Below, piece after piece: positions 62,916-64,000 of a stretch of DNA of 64,000 bases. Below the pieces are notes generated by a model. That model worked only from the letters and a program-made list of their open reading frames with translations. It was not told the origin of the DNA and did no database searches. The stretch's first letter is position 1, and each line of letters starts with the position of its first letter. The stretch is from a virus (lineage: Duplodnaviria; Heunggongvirae; Uroviricota; Caudoviricetes): the IMG/VR virus record IMGVR_UViG_3300031998_000007, one strand, 5' to 3'. Made by a program: the position numbers and the translations under genes.

Positions 62916-62950
62916 CAAAAAAGACGCGGTCGCCCGCGTCTTTTCTGTTT
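62916..62950. terminator. bidirectional intrinsic terminator
   Basis: agacgcgg-tcgc-ccgcgtct hairpin flanked by AAAAAA and TTTTCTGTTTT between convergent genes. Confidence 0.65.
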
Positions 62951-62959
62951 TCATGAAGG

Positions 62960-63432
62960 TTAAAGTTTCGAGATGAACTGGAGCAGTTCCATCTTCATGC
63001 CCATCAGCATGTGCTCCGGGATTTCCGCGTGCCCGAACCCGCCCCAGGCCATGTCCTGGGACATCTCGATGAAGCGGTGCAGCTTTTCCGGGATGACCTT
63101 GTTGATGATGCCGGCGAGCAGCTTGCAGCGCTCCTCGGTCGTCTTGCTGCCGGTATATTTGAGGTTCACCAGGTCGCAGCACAGACCCGTCCTGGCGTAG
63201 TCCAGCGGGGTATAGTTGCCGTCCGGCGGGGTTGCATGCTGTCCCGACCTCAGCAGGTTGCCTTCGAGGGTGAGCCCGTATTGGCTGAGACGAAGCGGCT
63301 CTTTTTCTGCCAGGCGTTTGAGGATGTCCAGTTCCCTCGGATCCTCGATTATGATGCACGTCTTTCCGACGATGCGTGTCAAAATGCCGTCGAACATGAC
63401 GTTCTCGTTGTAGTCCAGTTCGCTGCGTTCGT
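62960..63432 (-). CDS. hypothetical protein
   Basis: Start at MNERSE with a GGAGAAAC ribosome-binding site; the ORF-tool 5' extension is antisense-type junk. Confidence 0.5.
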
Positions 63433-63846
63433 TCATCTTGGTTTCTCCAGGTTGAGTTCCTTGCACCACTCTTTGCCGAACCAGTCGGCCACCAGGTGCC
63501 TGTGACAGAAGTCCCCCGGCTTCTCGTAGCACAGGAGGACTATCTTCGAATGGGGGACTTTGGTGAGGGCTTCGAGTTCCCTGATGGCGACGCCGCGCTG
63601 GCAAATCGGCATCAGGACTTCCTCGTTGAAGCGCTCGATGTAATACTTGTTGTCGCCCTTGTGGCTGCCGTATTTCCACTCCTTGAAGAAACCTTTCTTC
63701 GGGGCGAGCTTCGGGTAGCGGAAGCCGCTGAACCACGCGGGCGTGTACAGGGCGATTGACACCGGGGTGTAGCCGAGCGCGATATAGCGGCTGGTCCTGT
63801 CGAAATATCCCGTGAACATGTTTACCCAAGCGCTTGCGGGGCGCAT
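63433..63846 (-). CDS. DUF488-like protein
   Basis: KIVLLCYEKPGDFCHRHLVADW resembles the DUF488 signature; ATGA-coupled to the downstream gene. Confidence 0.45.
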   Translation of the reverse strand: MRPASAWVNMFTGYFDRTSRYIALGYTPVSIALYTPAWFSGFRYPKLAPKKGFFKEWKYGSHKGDNKYYIERFNEEVLMPICQRGVAIRELEALTKVPHSKIVLLCYEKPGDFCHRHLVADWFGKEWCKELNLEKPR

Positions 63847-64000
63847 GCCGCGTTGCGGCGGGCGTTGTCTTCGTGTATGCCGCGTTCGATTTCTTCGCGG
63901 GCCCAGTAGTTCACGAGGTTCTGGAAGAACAGGCTTGCTGCGGTAAGGAAGCGGAGACGGCGGTCGTAGAACGTTCCGTCGTCGCTGACTTCGACGAACT
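63822..64000 (-). CDS. partial CDS (3' end) running off the window
   Basis: Open frame ...EFVEVSDDGTFYDRRLRFLTAASLFFQNLVNYWAREE... ending in TAA at 63822; start lies beyond the window. Confidence 0.3.
   Translation of the reverse strand, partial: FVEVSDDGTFYDRRLRFLTAASLFFQNLVNYWAREEIERGIHEDNARRNAACAPQALG

Noticed and set aside
62960-63829. 289-aa minus ORF spanning two genes
   Set aside because: A read-through artefact: an internal ATG with a GGAGAAAC ribosome-binding site at 63432 and a separate in-frame upstream gene (63433-63846) fit better

Overview
This window looks like part of a large, GC-rich (about 60%) bacteriophage or prophage genome, possibly a jumbo phage, with densely packed genes on both strands. 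Calls below are made by eye from motifs, and function rests mostly on short recognisable motifs.

Main content:
- Two very large structural-like proteins (877 aa and 1658 aa).
- Replication and nucleotide metabolism: Dda/RecD-like helicase, HU, anaerobic ribonucleotide reductase NrdD/NrdG, MoxR-like and classic AAA ATPases.
- A phage sigma-70 factor.
- RtcB RNA ligase next to a 17-gene tRNA array, all on the minus strand: Cys; Leu x4; Gln; His; Ser x2; Tyr; Asn; Phe; Glu; Arg; Ala x3. The array is interrupted by an AT-rich HNH homing-endonuclease gene.
- Host-takeover or counter-defence candidates: NADAR domain protein, (p)ppGpp hydrolase, alpha-crystallin small heat-shock protein with a Q/P-rich tail, flotillin/SPFH protein, ClpP-like peptidase, GNAT acetyltransferase, Zn-metallopeptidase.
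- DNA modification: Dam-like methyltransferase, beta-class methyltransferase, an NPPF adenine methyltransferase split by a LAGLIDADG intein, two GT-A glycosyltransferases, a QueC-like PP-loop protein.
- An AT-rich zinc-finger PD-(D/E)xK nuclease gene inserted between nrdD and nrdG.

The most striking non-coding signal is an AT-rich 15-mer, TTTTGCTATATTTC (extended -10, TGnTATATT), found at least 16 times. It often sits 4-8 nt before the ATG, which implies leaderless mRNAs. Several ORF-caller N-termini (the residues FCYISG, KFVYYS) are just this promoter translated. A second family of AAACTAGG-containing motifs and many intrinsic terminators are also present.
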